From an uncultured Burkholderiales bacterium (GTDB lineage Bacteria > Pseudomonadota > Gammaproteobacteria > Burkholderiales > Burkholderiaceae_C): a stretch of DNA of 37,988 bases. The notes beneath the pieces were generated by a model. It did no database searches. It saw only the letters and a list, made by a program, of their open reading frames with translations, and was not told where the DNA came from. The stretch lies in the NCBI GenBank assembly GCA_903887655.1, contig CAISQQ010000148.1, positions 1 to 37,988 of the forward strand. The letters run 5' to 3'. The stretch's first letter is position 1. Each line of letters starts with the position of its first letter. This document shows positions 18,651 to 29,345 of the stretch, one piece after another. The position numbers were made by a program, and so were the translations under genes.

Positions 18651-21596
18651 ATGAAAAGGATGCTCATCAACGCCACCCAGTCTGAGGAAAGACGCTTGGC
18701 CATTGTCGACGGACAAAAACTGCTCGACTACGAAATCGAAATCGAAGGTCGTGAACAACGCAAAGGCAACATCTACAAAGCGGTGGTCACTCGCGTGGAG
18801 CCTTCTCTAGAGGCTTGCTTTGTCGACTACGGCGAAGAGCGCCACGGCTTTTTGCCCTTCAAAGAAATCTCCAAACAGTTTTTCAGCAGCAACGTCTCGC
18901 CTTCTCAAGCTCGCATCCAAGATGTGATCCGAGAAGGCCAAGAGCTCATCATCCAAGTCGAGAAAGAAGAGCGTGGCAACAAGGGCGCGGCCCTCACGAC
19001 TTTCATCTCACTGGCTGGCCGCTACGTCGTGCTCATGCCCAACAACCCCAGAGGTGGAGGCGTGAGTCGCCGCATCGAAGGTGACGACCGCGCTGAGCTC
19101 AAAGAGGCCATGGACCAACTGGAATACCCAGGCGGCATGTCCATCATTGCCAGAACCGCTGGTATTGGACGCTCGGCGCCCGAACTCCAATGGGACTTGA
19201 ACTACCTCTTGAAATTGTGGACCGCCATTGATGGCGCCGCCAAGTCGGGCAAGGGTGCTTACCTGATCTATCAAGAGTCCAGTTTGGTGATTCGTGCCAT
19301 TCGCGACTACTTCAACAATGACATTGGCGACATTTTGATCGACACCGATGACATCTTTGACCAAGCCCATCAATTCATGTCCCACGTCATGCCTGAGCAT
19401 GCCGCTCGGGTCAAACGCTACCGCGACGATGCACCCTTATTCAGTCGCTTCCAAATCGAGCACCAGATCGAATCGGCCTATGCCCGCACGGTGAACCTGC
19501 CCAGTGGCGGCGCGATTGTGATTGACCACACCGAAGCTTTGGTCTCGGTCGACGTCAACTCGGCACGCTCCATCCGTGGTGGTGACATTGAAGAGACCGC
19601 CACGCGAACCAATTTAGAAGCCGCCGAAGAGGTGGCACGCCAAATGCGCCTGCGCGACTTGGGCGGCTTGATCGTCATCGACTTCATTGACATGGAAGAG
19701 TCTCGCAATCGCCGCGACGTGGAAAACCGCTTGCGCGACTCCTTGCGACAAGACCGTGCGCGCGTGCAGTTTGGCACGATCAGCAAATTTGGTCTCATGG
19801 AGATGAGCCGCCAGCGCTTGCGCCCCGCTTTGTCTGAGGGTGCTTCTATCCCCTGCCCACGCTGTGGTGGCTCTGGACACGTGCGCGACACCGAGAGCTC
19901 GGCATTGCAAATTCTTCGCATCATCCAAGAAGAATCCATGAAAGACGGCACCGCTGCCGTTCATGCCCAAGTGCCGGTTGAAGTCGCTTCGTTCTTACTG
20001 AATGAAAAGCGCACTGAAATCGCCAAAATTGAGATCAAACAACGCATCAGCGTGCTCTTGGTCCCCAACAAGGCCTTGGAGACACCGAACTACAAACTCG
20101 AGCGTTTAAAGCACGACGATCCACGCTTGGACAACATGGATGTGAGCTACAAGATGGTGGACGATGTGGAAGATGCCACCGCCGTCACCCGCCGCTCCCA
20201 AGAGCCCACCAATCGCCAGACCCCGGTGATCAAAGGGGTCTTGCCCGACGCACCCGCGCCTCAAGCCGAACCCAAACCCGCCCCAGTGGCCTTGGGCAAA
20301 CCAAGCAAGACCGCGCCCACCCCCAACCCAACGGCCACCGAAGCGGCCAGCAGTGGTTTTGTCGGCTGGTTCAAATCCTTGTTTGGAGCCAAAAAAGACA
20401 CGCCCAGCACAGAAGAAAAAACCGCCTCCAGTGACGCTTTGAATGCCAAAACCACCCAAGGCAGACGCGAAGGTGGGCGCGACATGCGTGAACCCCGCGA
20501 GGGTGCTCGCGGTCGTGACCAACGCCGCGGAAGACGCTCGGGTGAGCGCACCGAGCGCGGTGAGCGTGGTGACAAACCCGACGGCAAGTCCAAAGGCCCA
20601 GAGGGTCAGACTGACAGCCGTGGCGACAGTGCCGCTCCCCGCAGCCCACGCCCTGAGCGTGGCGCACGCCCGCCCCGGGATGAGTCGCCCGAGCGCGCCA
20701 GCACTCCCGCCGCCTCAGGCGCACCTGCACAAGAAGGCGCCGAGGGGCAAGAGCCCAGGAGAAACGAGCGCGGAGAAGCCCGTAGAGAACGGGGAAGACG
20801 CGGTGAACGCTCCGATCGTGGTGAACGTGGTGAGCGCAGCGAGCGCGCCCCACGCGCTGACGCCGCTGACAGACCCACCACGCCAACCGATCCAGAGTCC
20901 CATGCCGTGACTGCGTCCAACGCCATGGGCTTCACCGGTGAGGCCCATGCCCAGTCGGCTCCAGGCGCTGCCAGCACAGAGCAGCGTGAGCCGCGTGAGA
21001 GAAGACCACGCCAAACGCGCGAGCGCCGCGAGCGCCCTGCTCGAGACGGTGACCAACCAGCGATCCATGCCGCTGCCCCTCAAGAAGACTTGAGAGGCCC
21101 AGGCCAACACCACGATCAAGGTTCGGCTCAAAACGGACTGGACTTCTCAGACCATGACTCGGACGCTCAACGCCCAGGCCTGCGCGCAAGCGCCCAAGAC
21201 CACCGTGAACCCAAGGAACTGCGCCAAGAGTCCCCCGCCACCCACGAGCCTTTGGTGACTCAAAACGTGGCACCAAGAGCGGACACGCGAGAAAGCGCTG
21301 CGGCCTTTGTGGCGGCACCGACGGATGCGGCCAAGGCGGTCACAGGCATGCCCAAAGTCGGTCACTTCGAGTTGCCAACCGCCACCTTGGTCGAGATGAC
21401 ACAAGCGAGCCAATTGGAGTGGGTGCAATCAGACCCCCTCAAAGTGCAAGCCACACAAGAGAGAATGGCCCAAGAGCCCAAGGCGATCCGCCCTGTGCGC
21501 GTTCGTCCACCGGCGGTGAGTTTGGATCAAGGCCCCTTGGTGCTGGTGGAGACCAAACGCGATTTGAGCCAATTGAACTTGCCGTTTTCAGCCTAA
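18651..21596 (+). CDS. rne: Ribonuclease E
   Basis: [10 protein letters not shown]1 domain, DVNS, VIDFIDM, CPRC Zn-link, amphipathic membrane helix [11 protein letters not shown], Arg/Glu-rich scaffold. Confidence 0.99.
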   Translation: MKRMLINATQSEERRLAIVDGQKLLDYEIEIEGREQRKGNIYKAVVTRVEPSLEACFVDYGEERHGFLPFKEISKQFFSSNVSPSQARIQDVIREGQELIIQVEKEERGNKGAALTTFISLAGRYVVLMPNNPRGGGVSRRIEGDDRAELKEAMDQLEYPGGMSIIARTAGIGRSAPELQWDLNYLLKLWTAIDGAAKSGKGAYLIYQESSLVIRAIRDYFNNDIGDILIDTDDIFDQAHQFMSHVMPEHAARVKRYRDDAPLFSRFQIEHQIESAYARTVNLPSGGAIVIDHTEALVSVDVNSARSIRGGDIEETATRTNLEAAEEVARQMRLRDLGGLIVIDFIDMEESRNRRDVENRLRDSLRQDRARVQFGTISKFGLMEMSRQRLRPALSEGASIPCPRCGGSGHVRDTESSALQILRIIQEESMKDGTAAVHAQVPVEVASFLLNEKRTEIAKIEIKQRISVLLVPNKALETPNYKLERLKHDDPRLDNMDVSYKMVDDVEDATAVTRRSQEPTNRQTPVIKGVLPDAPAPQAEPKPAPVALGKPSKTAPTPNPTATEAASSGFVGWFKSLFGAKKDTPSTEEKTASSDALNAKTTQGRREGGRDMREPREGARGRDQRRGRRSGERTERGERGDKPDGKSKGPEGQTDSRGDSAAPRSPRPERGARPPRDESPERASTPAASGAPAQEGAEGQEPRRNERGEARRERGRRGERSDRGERGERSERAPRADAADRPTTPTDPESHAVTASNAMGFTGEAHAQSAPGAASTEQREPRERRPRQTRERRERPARDGDQPAIHAAAPQEDLRGPGQHHDQGSAQNGLDFSDHDSDAQRPGLRASAQDHREPKELRQESPATHEPLVTQNVAPRADTRESAAAFVAAPTDAAKAVTGMPKVGHFELPTATLVEMTQASQLEWVQSDPLKVQATQERMAQEPKAIRPVRVRPPAVSLDQGPLVLVETKRDLSQLNLPFSA

Positions 21597-21608
21597 AACG
21601 CTCGGCCA

Positions 21609-21643
21609 GGTCTGGGCTGCACAGCCTCTGAGCAGCCCAGACC
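21609..21643. terminator. Hairpin between convergent rne and hemY
   Basis: GGTCTGGGCTGC-N11-GCAGCCCAGACC, 12-bp perfect stem; no U-tract on either side. Confidence 0.5.
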
Positions 21644-21680
21644 CCAAGCGCAAGCTCGAGCCTGAGTCAGGGGCGCGTTC

Positions 21681-22979
21681 TTACTGGGTGAGCGCGGCTT
21701 GTCGCCAGGCGTGGAGCGCTGCGCCAGCGTCTGAGCGCTGCTCGGCCAATCGGGCCAACGAGGCATAGGCTCGACGCTTGAGCGCCACACTGCCCAAGCG
21801 GCCCACAGCGCTCTCGAGCAGCTGCTGCGCCTTGCCCCAAAGGGCATGGTGCAAGCACAACTGCCCATACAAATAACTCACCTCGACAACGCCGGGATGC
21901 GCCTGAATCACTTGATCAATCAAGGTGAGCCACTCTGTGCTGGGACTCAAGGACTCCAACGCCACTTGAGTGAGCTCCACGAGTTGCGTGCGCTCCTCGC
22001 GGCTCAAGGCGTTGAGGTTTTTGAGCAATTTGGCCCACGTCGGTTTGAGCCACTGCAGCACTTGATCGGCGGGCAAGCCCAGGGCCAAGGCCTGGGTACA
22101 CGCTTGGAGGACCACGGCGGGGGTGTCGCGCTCGAGCGGGTCCAATGCGGTCCAAACTTGGGTGACTTGCGCGCTTTCTCGGCAAGCTTTGAAGCTCGAG
22201 GAGATCAGACTGTTGAGCAAACTTTGCGCCGCCAGCGTTGAAAACGCCCGGTGTTTGGCCAACAACCTGGCCGTCTCCAAGGCTTGGTTGTATTGCCCCA
22301 AAATGCGGCTGGCTTTGAGCCGCATGCGAAGAGCCATGGTTCTTCTGGCCACACCTGGGCCCATTTGATCGAGCCAAGTCAATGCGGCGCCAGGGTCATG
22401 GTCATCCAAGGACCACCTGGCCGCCAACAATTGCCCCGCTTCGAGCGACTCCGCATTGGCATGCTGCTCTTGAAGAATGCGACCTTGTTGGAGCAACAAC
22501 TGCAGCTGCGCGTTGCGCACATCGGCATTGTTGAGCGCGTGTGCGGCTTGGGCGCAGATCAAATGCAACAAAGACTGCAACTGCACGAGCATGGTGGTGG
22601 ACAAACCCCAATGGTGGGCCGAATCTTTCATCCCCTTGTGCAAGGCCAAGGTTTGAAGGGCCGATTTTTGTGCTCGCAAAAACCGCCCCGACTGCAACTG
22701 CGCCAGGGCCTGGACCACGCCACTCAAGAGCGCGCGTTCACGGGTTTGCCAGCGCCAACGCTTGGCCTGCGCAGGGATATCAAAAAGTAAGCGCAATGCC
22801 CTCAAGGCCGCATGCACCAATACGATCGAGAGGACCCACACCACGATCACCAAATTGAGCGACATGTCCACGCGCGAGGGCGCCAAGAACACGCTCACCA
22901 AACCGTGATTGCCAGCGAGGAACAAGGAGGACGCGACCGCCACCGCAAAAAGGGCGATGAACCAAAGGGCGACTCTCAT
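21681..22979 (-). CDS. hemY: HemY-like heme biosynthesis-associated TPR membrane protein
   Basis: Two N-terminal TMs with GxVxV...RVDMSLN, TPR-like helices, LWGKA; follows hemX; start at ATG 22979. Confidence 0.9.
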   Translation of the reverse strand: MRVALWFIALFAVAVASSLFLAGNHGLVSVFLAPSRVDMSLNLVIVVWVLSIVLVHAALRALRLLFDIPAQAKRWRWQTRERALLSGVVQALAQLQSGRFLRAQKSALQTLALHKGMKDSAHHWGLSTTMLVQLQSLLHLICAQAAHALNNADVRNAQLQLLLQQGRILQEQHANAESLEAGQLLAARWSLDDHDPGAALTWLDQMGPGVARRTMALRMRLKASRILGQYNQALETARLLAKHRAFSTLAAQSLLNSLISSSFKACRESAQVTQVWTALDPLERDTPAVVLQACTQALALGLPADQVLQWLKPTWAKLLKNLNALSREERTQLVELTQVALESLSPSTEWLTLIDQVIQAHPGVVEVSYLYGQLCLHHALWGKAQQLLESAVGRLGSVALKRRAYASLARLAEQRSDAGAALHAWRQAALTQ

Positions 22980-22980
22980 G

Positions 22981-24207
22981 CTAGCGCCCCATTTGGACGC
23001 TGGCAAAAGCGGCCAAAGTATCATCCAAATGAGGCAAATCCAACTGCTTGAGGTTTTTTTGGAGCACCTGCAATTGCTCCAACGCCCCGAGGGTGCTTGG
23101 GGCATGGGGATCAAAATACTGGGCCAATTCCTTTTGCACCAATTTCACATCCTCTTGCAAGGCTTGGGGCTGGCGCGCCAACAGCTCCAACTTGGCGTTG
23201 AGCAAATGCAGCTTTAAGTTTTCGCGCACAAAAAACCCTTGCTGCGGACTCAGCAGCACCGCTTGGGGCTCGTCGATTTGACTGATGCGCACCAAGCCTT
23301 GCAGACCCGACCACAGCGGCGTCCAGAGTTCAGACCAGAGGCCTTGGCTCACCGCTCGCACCCAGTTGCTCGCTTGGGCAACAGCACCCACGTCCTGAGC
23401 AGCAGGGGCTTGCCGGACAGCAGGGGACGGCACGCGAGCCACTGAAGTCGGGGCATGCAGTGCAGTGGTTGCACTGGGGTTGCGTTTGTCACCCATTTCA
23501 TTGGCCAAGGGCAATTCATCGACCACGCGGACCAGCTCATCGAGCTGGAGCAAGACACTCGGTGTGTCAGCCATGGCGGAGGATTTGATGCGATCAATGT
23601 CTTTGGTGAGGGCGCGCTCCAAAGCGGACAAACGCGGTGCAGACAGCTTGGCGAGTTTGGCTTGGGCGAGTTTCATGGCACTCAAGAGCGGCGCCACACT
23701 GCCTGTGAGCTGCGCTTGCTGCTGAGCGAGTCGAATGGAAGACTCCAACTCATCGAGCGTGTTCTCATCGCGTGTGCGCGAGAGTGTTTGCATGAGCGAC
23801 TCCAATTGCGTGCGCTGCAAAGACACCTCACTGAGCTGGGTTTGCATCAACGACAGATGCGCTGCACCGTCTCTGGAGAGCTCAGCGGCTTCTTTGGCCA
23901 AACCCTTGGCCTCTTGGGCCATGGCCGTGGCGTCAAAGGTTTGACGCGCCAAAATCTCTTGCAGGCCACTGATTTTTTGCCATAAAAAAAGACACGCCAG
24001 CAAGGCCAGCGCACTCAGTAGCCAAGCCCATTTGGCCTGGGCGGCTTGGGCGGCCAAGGCCCATGTCAAGACCGGCAGGTGTGGCTTGTCTGCCCCAGCA
24101 GTGCTTTGCGCACCGGCCCCATCTTGCACCTCACTCACGGGCTGTGCCCCAGACCGGTGGGGGGGGGTCTGGTGAGGATCAGACAAGGAGGGCTTGGGCT
24201 CGTTCAT
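22981..24207 (-). CDS. hemX: HemX-family protein
   Basis: TM plus coiled coil, LVRI...LLSPQQxxFVRENLKLxLLNA, YFD. Confidence 0.92.
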   Translation of the reverse strand: MNEPKPSLSDPHQTPPHRSGAQPVSEVQDGAGAQSTAGADKPHLPVLTWALAAQAAQAKWAWLLSALALLACLFLWQKISGLQEILARQTFDATAMAQEAKGLAKEAAELSRDGAAHLSLMQTQLSEVSLQRTQLESLMQTLSRTRDENTLDELESSIRLAQQQAQLTGSVAPLLSAMKLAQAKLAKLSAPRLSALERALTKDIDRIKSSAMADTPSVLLQLDELVRVVDELPLANEMGDKRNPSATTALHAPTSVARVPSPAVRQAPAAQDVGAVAQASNWVRAVSQGLWSELWTPLWSGLQGLVRISQIDEPQAVLLSPQQGFFVRENLKLHLLNAKLELLARQPQALQEDVKLVQKELAQYFDPHAPSTLGALEQLQVLQKNLKQLDLPHLDDTLAAFASVQMGR

Positions 24208-25208
24208 GCCATCGATTCTAATGACCTCAACAAGTCTGGCAGACTGGGGCGTGACTGGCGAACAACACCCACTCCCGCCACCATCAAGGCTTGGGCAATT
24301 CTTTCATGGGTGGCCAAGGCTTTGGCATGCGGCCAAGGTCCGGGGTTCGATCCGAGCAAACGCTGCCAGTGGTTGACCGCCTGAGCGCTTGTGAAAATCC
24401 AAATCGATCCATCCGTCAAGGCCAGACTCGCCCGTGCCACTTGCTCGCTCGACCATTGGGGTGCACCCCTGAGGTAGGCCAGCGCCCAACTCACCTGTGC
24501 GCCTTGCGCCTTGATTTGCTCGGCCAAGTACTCGCGACCGACACCGATGTTGACCCCTTCGACCCTGTCCTCTTGAGGATCATCTTGGGGATCCTCTTGC
24601 TTGAGCGCTAACGCTTGGGAGAGATGGTGAGTGGATCTTGCACCCGTGGCCGAGCGACTCACCTCCCCGCCTCGAACAATCAAGACCGCGTCTTGAGGGC
24701 GAATTTGATCTTTCACCGCCTGCCACAAATGCTCCGAGTCCCAGACACCTGAGCGCAGATCGGGCGTATCAATCAAGTGCTGATCAATGCCGTGCTTTAA
24801 CAAAGCTTGCCGCGTGCCCGCTCCCGTTGCCCAATAACGCGTTTGTCGCAACTCGAGCGTGTTGCCCGCGTGCTTAAAGAAGTAGAGCACCGCTTGGGGA
24901 CTCACAAAAAACACAGCACGCCAGCGACTCCACTGCGCACACGCGTGCACGAGCGTCTCGCTTTGCTCGGGTGCAACAATGTCAATCATAGGCCAGTGCT
25001 CAACCGGGTAGCCCGCCTGGGTCATGGGCTCGAGCCACTGGGTGAGCTCGCCGCTGGGTCGGGTGAGAATGATCCTGGGCTTGCTACCCCATCGATCCCC
25101 TGGCGGGTTGGCGCTGGAATTGGAGGATGAATTCACCGCGCGACCGGGCGTTGAATGGGCACAAGAGGCAGAAGGTGTCGCGATGGCGCGCTCTTGAGCG
25201 CAGGACAC
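24204..25208 (-). CDS. hemD: Uroporphyrinogen-III synthase (start uncertain)
   Basis: ILTRP, FVSPQAV, GAGT, DSE, IVRG...GRE, AYxR, FTS, HERIA; lies between hemC and hemX. Confidence 0.92.
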   Translation of the reverse strand: MSCAQERAIATPSASCAHSTPGRAVNSSSNSSANPPGDRWGSKPRIILTRPSGELTQWLEPMTQAGYPVEHWPMIDIVAPEQSETLVHACAQWSRWRAVFFVSPQAVLYFFKHAGNTLELRQTRYWATGAGTRQALLKHGIDQHLIDTPDLRSGVWDSEHLWQAVKDQIRPQDAVLIVRGGEVSRSATGARSTHHLSQALALKQEDPQDDPQEDRVEGVNIGVGREYLAEQIKAQGAQVSWALAYLRGAPQWSSEQVARASLALTDGSIWIFTSAQAVNHWQRLLGSNPGPWPHAKALATHERIAQALMVAGVGVVRQSRPSLPDLLRSLESMA

Positions 25209-25282
25209 AGGCGCCTAGGCCCTTGGACGAAGCGGTTCATGTGCTGCATGCGCCCTGAGCGGCTCCAAGCCTCCCCCCAGCT

Positions 25283-26206
25283 CTAGGCCAAGGGCTGGTG
25301 CTGGGCACCTTGGTCGATGAGTTGCTGGGCCACCCAGGTGCCCACTTGCTGAGCCGATTCGATGTCGGCCACCTCTTGGGTGGTGTGCGCGCGCAAAATA
25401 CGACCCGGCTGGGACAAGTCACCCCAAGCCGCATGCAAGGTGAGGTACTCGCCTTGCTGCGTGGCATGGGCGGCCAAGGGCATGGAGCAACTCCCGCCCA
25501 TGGCTCGACTGACGGCGCGCTCAGCACTGACCGCCAGCCAAGTGCTTTGGTGGGACAAGGCAGACAAGGCCTCGACGATATCGCCTCGGTGATGCATGAC
25601 TTCCAAGCCCAAAGCGCCTTGACCTGGCGCGGGGAGCATTTCACTCACCTCAAAGACACGGCGAATGCGCTCTTGCAGTCCGAGTCTTTTGAGGCCCGCC
25701 GCAGCGAGCACAATGCCCGCGTATTGACCGGCATCGAGTTTTTTAAGCCGGGTGTCCAAGTTGCCGCGCAGTGGCTCAATCACCAAGTCTGGTCGAAGGG
25801 CTTGCAACAAGACGGTGCGCCGCAGGCTTGAAGTGCCGACAACGGAGCCTGGGGGCAGGTCATCCAAACTGGCCCACTGGGGCGACACCCAGGCGTCTCT
25901 GGGGTCTTCGCGCTCCATCACGCAAGCGAGCGAAAAACCCGGCGGCAAATCCATGGGGACATCTTTGAGCGAATGAACTGCCATGTCGGCAGCTCCCGAC
26001 TCGAGGGCGAGCTCGAGCTCTTTGACAAAAAGGCCCTTGCCCCCGACTTTGCTCAAGGAGCGATCCAAAATTTGGTCGCCCTGGGTGGTCATCCCCAGGA
26101 GCGTGACGTGTGCACCGCCGCGTGTCAATAAAGCCTGAACGTGTTGCGCTTGCCACATGGCCAAGCGACTCTCTCGGGTTGCGATGATGATGTTCAAAGG
26201 TTTCAC
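25283..26206 (-). CDS. hemC: Hydroxymethylbilane synthase
   Basis: [39 protein letters not shown]. Confidence 0.99.
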   Translation of the reverse strand: MKPLNIIIATRESRLAMWQAQHVQALLTRGGAHVTLLGMTTQGDQILDRSLSKVGGKGLFVKELELALESGAADMAVHSLKDVPMDLPPGFSLACVMEREDPRDAWVSPQWASLDDLPPGSVVGTSSLRRTVLLQALRPDLVIEPLRGNLDTRLKKLDAGQYAGIVLAAAGLKRLGLQERIRRVFEVSEMLPAPGQGALGLEVMHHRGDIVEALSALSHQSTWLAVSAERAVSRAMGGSCSMPLAAHATQQGEYLTLHAAWGDLSQPGRILRAHTTQEVADIESAQQVGTWVAQQLIDQGAQHQPLA

Positions 26207-26243
26207 ATGAGGCCCATGAAAAATTCAAAAATGATAGACCTCC

Positions 26244-26252
26244 ATGCTAGCA
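26244..26252 (-). promoter_or_regulatory. Extended -10 for hemC
   Basis: TGcTAGCAT on the minus strand ~40 bp upstream of the GTG. Confidence 0.4.
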
Positions 26253-26283
26253 CGCCAGTCGCCACGACCTATCCTGACAAACC

Positions 26284-27534
26284 TCAGGTGAGCCAATTTT
26301 TAAGTGGCGTGGCGGTGTCGGCCACCGCACTGGGAGATGGACTCAAGCCCTGCTCCAAGATTTTGCGCGCCATCATGTGCTCCATCGGGGCATTGACCGT
26401 TTCCACGCAAACCAAGCGCTCGCCTTGGTAGTGGAACAAGGAAAAACCGGCATGCTCGCTGCTCGCTGGCTGAGACGGGGCGGTGAAAGGACGGCGCACA
26501 GTCTGGGCCACATGGGGTAGCTGGGGCATCAAGCCGACCATTTGCAACCGCATGCTGCCTTGCTCAGACCAAAACCAAGGCACGGGTTGGTAGCTCACCG
26601 GCTGACCCATGATGCTTTGGGCGGCCACACGGGCTTGGTCGTTGGCGTTTTGGACCGACTCCAATCGCAAAGTGGGCATGTCAGAGGTCCATGGAAAGCG
26701 AGTGCAGTCCCCCACCGCCCAAATATGAGGATGCGAGGTTTTCATGTGCGCATCGACCACGATGCCTTGCTCGCAGGTGAGTCCAATCTGGCGCGCCAAG
26801 GCATCCTCGGGTTCGGCCCCAATGCCCAAGACCACACACTCGACTTCCAGGTTCTCATCGGCCAGTTCGATGCGAGTCACGCGATGCGACTCGAACTCAA
26901 AACCTTTGATTTGAGACTCCATGCGCACATCCACGCCCGCCGCTCGGTGGGTGTCTAACACATGCGCAGACAGCTCTGCCGACACCGCCCGCGAGAGTAG
27001 ACGCGGTTGCGACTCAAGCACCGTGACCTGCTTGCCCAAGGACTGCAAAGTGGCAGCCAGCTCCAAACCGATGAAGCCCCCACCAATGAAGGTGACGCGA
27101 TTGACCGACTCCAAGGCGGCCCTCAATTGATTGGCGTCTTGTGCGGTGCGCAAGGTGTGGACATTGTCCAAATTGGTGGGCAAACTGGGCAACTGCCGAG
27201 CCCGCGTGCCGGTGGCCAACACCAGATGGGCGTAGCTCAAGGTCTGGCCCGAGGACAATTGAACGGTGTGCTTGTCCGCATCCACGCTTTTGACCGGGTC
27301 GCCCAAGTGAACCTGGATGCCTTGCTGCTCGTACCACGAGGCCGCGCGGATGGACTGGGCGCTCTCGCCGGCTTTCTTGAAAAACGCCTTGGACAAGGGC
27401 GGGCGCTGGTAGGGCAACACAGGCTCCTCACACACCAGATGGATGCGCGAGCCTTGGCCCAATTCGGCCAAAGAGGCGCACAATTGCGCGCCTGAATGCC
27501 CACCGCCCACGATCACAATCGAATTCGAAGTCAT
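26284..27534 (-). CDS. FAD/NAD(H)-dependent ferredoxin reductase (putidaredoxin-reductase/dioxygenase-reductase family)
   Basis: GGGHSG, PYQRPPLSK, LATG, GGGFIGLE, AVGD, RLESVQNA, PWFWSEQ. Confidence 0.93.
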   Translation of the reverse strand: MTSNSIVIVGGGHSGAQLCASLAELGQGSRIHLVCEEPVLPYQRPPLSKAFFKKAGESAQSIRAASWYEQQGIQVHLGDPVKSVDADKHTVQLSSGQTLSYAHLVLATGTRARQLPSLPTNLDNVHTLRTAQDANQLRAALESVNRVTFIGGGFIGLELAATLQSLGKQVTVLESQPRLLSRAVSAELSAHVLDTHRAAGVDVRMESQIKGFEFESHRVTRIELADENLEVECVVLGIGAEPEDALARQIGLTCEQGIVVDAHMKTSHPHIWAVGDCTRFPWTSDMPTLRLESVQNANDQARVAAQSIMGQPVSYQPVPWFWSEQGSMRLQMVGLMPQLPHVAQTVRRPFTAPSQPASSEHAGFSLFHYQGERLVCVETVNAPMEHMMARKILEQGLSPSPSAVADTATPLKNWLT

Positions 27535-27569
27535 GTTTTTTTACGTCCCATTGTCATTATTTTTATGGT

Positions 27570-27612
27570 TGAAATTCTGGTAAACCCGAATTTCACCGGT
27601 TCTGGTTAACCC
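27570..27612. promoter_or_regulatory. Operator-like inverted and direct repeats upstream of the reductase
   Basis: TGAAATTC-N10-GAATTTCA (27570-27595); TTCTGGTWAACCC at 27575 and 27600. Confidence 0.5.
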
Positions 27613-27797
27613 CAGTACCACAGTGCATTTTAGGACTTTTTCTGTAATAAAGTGGCCCTCAATGAAGCGTTTTATGGTTTTAACGGCTCCAAAGGGCCAC
27701 GCCAGTCCAACTCGAGCCTGATTGAGCAAGCCCCTGCGCCAATTAAATCCGCTCGCGCGCCTCAAGGCGTTCGCCTGAGTAATAAAATAAGACCCAT

Positions 27798-29270
27798 ATG
27801 TCTACCAACCCCCTCGATCAAAAGTCCCAAGCCTGGTCTCAGCTCTTTAGCGAACCCATGAGCGAGCTGGTTCAGCGCTACACCGCCAGTGTGTTTTTTG
27901 ACCAACGGCTCTGGCGAGTCGATATCCAAGGCTCCTTGGCCCATGCCAAGATGCTGTGCGCCCAAGGCATTTTGTCCAAGGCGGACTTGCAGTCCATCGA
28001 GCACGGCATGGCCCAAATCACCCAGGAAATTGAAACCGGTCAATTTCAGTGGAAACTCGAACTGGAAGATGTGCACCTCAATATTGAGGCCAGACTCACC
28101 CAGTTGATTGGGGATGCAGGTAAGCGCTTACACACCGGCAGAAGCCGAAACGACCAAGTCGCCACCGATATTCGTTTGTGGCTCAGGGATGAGATCGACC
28201 TCTTGGTGGTGCTGCTGGAGAACTTGCAATTCGCACTCGTTCAGGTGGCCCAGCAGCACGTGCACACCATCATGCCGGGGTTCACCCACTTGCAAGTGGC
28301 CCAACCGGTGAGTTTTGCCCACCATTTGTTGGCCTATGTGGAGATGTTTCACCGAGACACCCAGCGCATGCAGGAAGTGAGGGTGCGCACCAACACGCTG
28401 CCACTCGGTGCGGCGGCACTGGCTGGCACCAGCTACCCCTTGGACCGCGAAGCCGTGGCCCAAATGCTCGGCATGGTGGACGCCCAAGGACGGGCCCAGG
28501 TCTGTCAAAACAGCCTGGACGCGGTGAGTGACCGCGACTTTGCCATCGAGTTCACCGCAGCAGCGAGCTTGGTGATGGTGCACATCAGCCGCCTGAGTGA
28601 GGAGCTCATCCTTTGGATGAGTCAAAATTTCGGCTTTATCCAAATTGCCGACCGATTCACCACGGGCAGCTCCATCATGCCGCAAAAAAAGAACCCCGAT
28701 GTGCCCGAACTCGCTCGCGGTAAAACCGCGCGGGTGCTGGGTCATTTGATGGGACTGCTCACCCTCATGAAGGGCCAACCACTGGCCTACAACAAAGACA
28801 ACCAAGAGGACAAGGAGCCCTTGTTCGACACCGTGGACACGCTCTCTGGAACTTTGCGAATTTTTGCGCAAATGATCGGCGGACAAAAAGACCCCCAAAG
28901 CGGGCTGTACACAGGGGCCCTCCAAGTCAAACCCCAGGCCATGGAACAAGCGGCGTCCAAAGGCTACGCGACCGCCACCGATTTGGCGGATTATTTGGTC
29001 AAAAAAGGCTTGCCTTTCCGAGATGCCCACGACACGGTGGCCAAAGCCGTGAGGGCCGCCATTGAAAGCGGTGTCGAATTGAGCGCCATGGGGCTTGCAC
29101 AGTTGCAGGGTTTTCACCCCGACATTGGCCACGATGTCTATGAAGTTTTGGGGCTTTTGGGCTCCCTCAACGCCAGATCCACATTGGGCGGCACCGCCCC
29201 AGCCCAAGTCCAGCAACAAATTGAACGGCACTTGACACGTCTTGAAGCGGCCAAGGCGCGAGATTTTTAA
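27798..29270 (+). CDS. argH: Argininosuccinate lyase
   Basis: [38 protein letters not shown]. Confidence 0.99.
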   Translation: MSTNPLDQKSQAWSQLFSEPMSELVQRYTASVFFDQRLWRVDIQGSLAHAKMLCAQGILSKADLQSIEHGMAQITQEIETGQFQWKLELEDVHLNIEARLTQLIGDAGKRLHTGRSRNDQVATDIRLWLRDEIDLLVVLLENLQFALVQVAQQHVHTIMPGFTHLQVAQPVSFAHHLLAYVEMFHRDTQRMQEVRVRTNTLPLGAAALAGTSYPLDREAVAQMLGMVDAQGRAQVCQNSLDAVSDRDFAIEFTAAASLVMVHISRLSEELILWMSQNFGFIQIADRFTTGSSIMPQKKNPDVPELARGKTARVLGHLMGLLTLMKGQPLAYNKDNQEDKEPLFDTVDTLSGTLRIFAQMIGGQKDPQSGLYTGALQVKPQAMEQAASKGYATATDLADYLVKKGLPFRDAHDTVAKAVRAAIESGVELSAMGLAQLQGFHPDIGHDVYEVLGLLGSLNARSTLGGTAPAQVQQQIERHLTRLEAAKARDF

Positions 29271-29345
29271 AGTCCGCCAGCGTTGACTAGGCATGACACA
29301 GGCTCACTGGGCCCGTGTCCTGCACCCCACTTGAAGGATACCCGC

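Noticed and set aside
18204-18685. Short ORFs in the rluC-rne spacer
   Set aside because: No coding signature; better explained as a structured UTR.
20460-21050. GER/ERG 9-bp repeats in rne
   Set aside because: Ordinary Arg/Glu-rich RNA-binding segments of the RNase E scaffold.
28470-28930. Two short insertions in ArgH (MVDAQGRAQ; [12 protein letters not shown])
   Set aside because: As far as I recall these are ordinary Comamonadaceae signatures (unverified), and the catalytic motifs are intact.
28128-29294. 388-aa antisense ORF over argH (likewise 7930-8865, 8721-9626, 2927-3757, 204-995)
   Set aside because: Shadow ORFs of conserved GC-rich genes, with no recognisable motifs.
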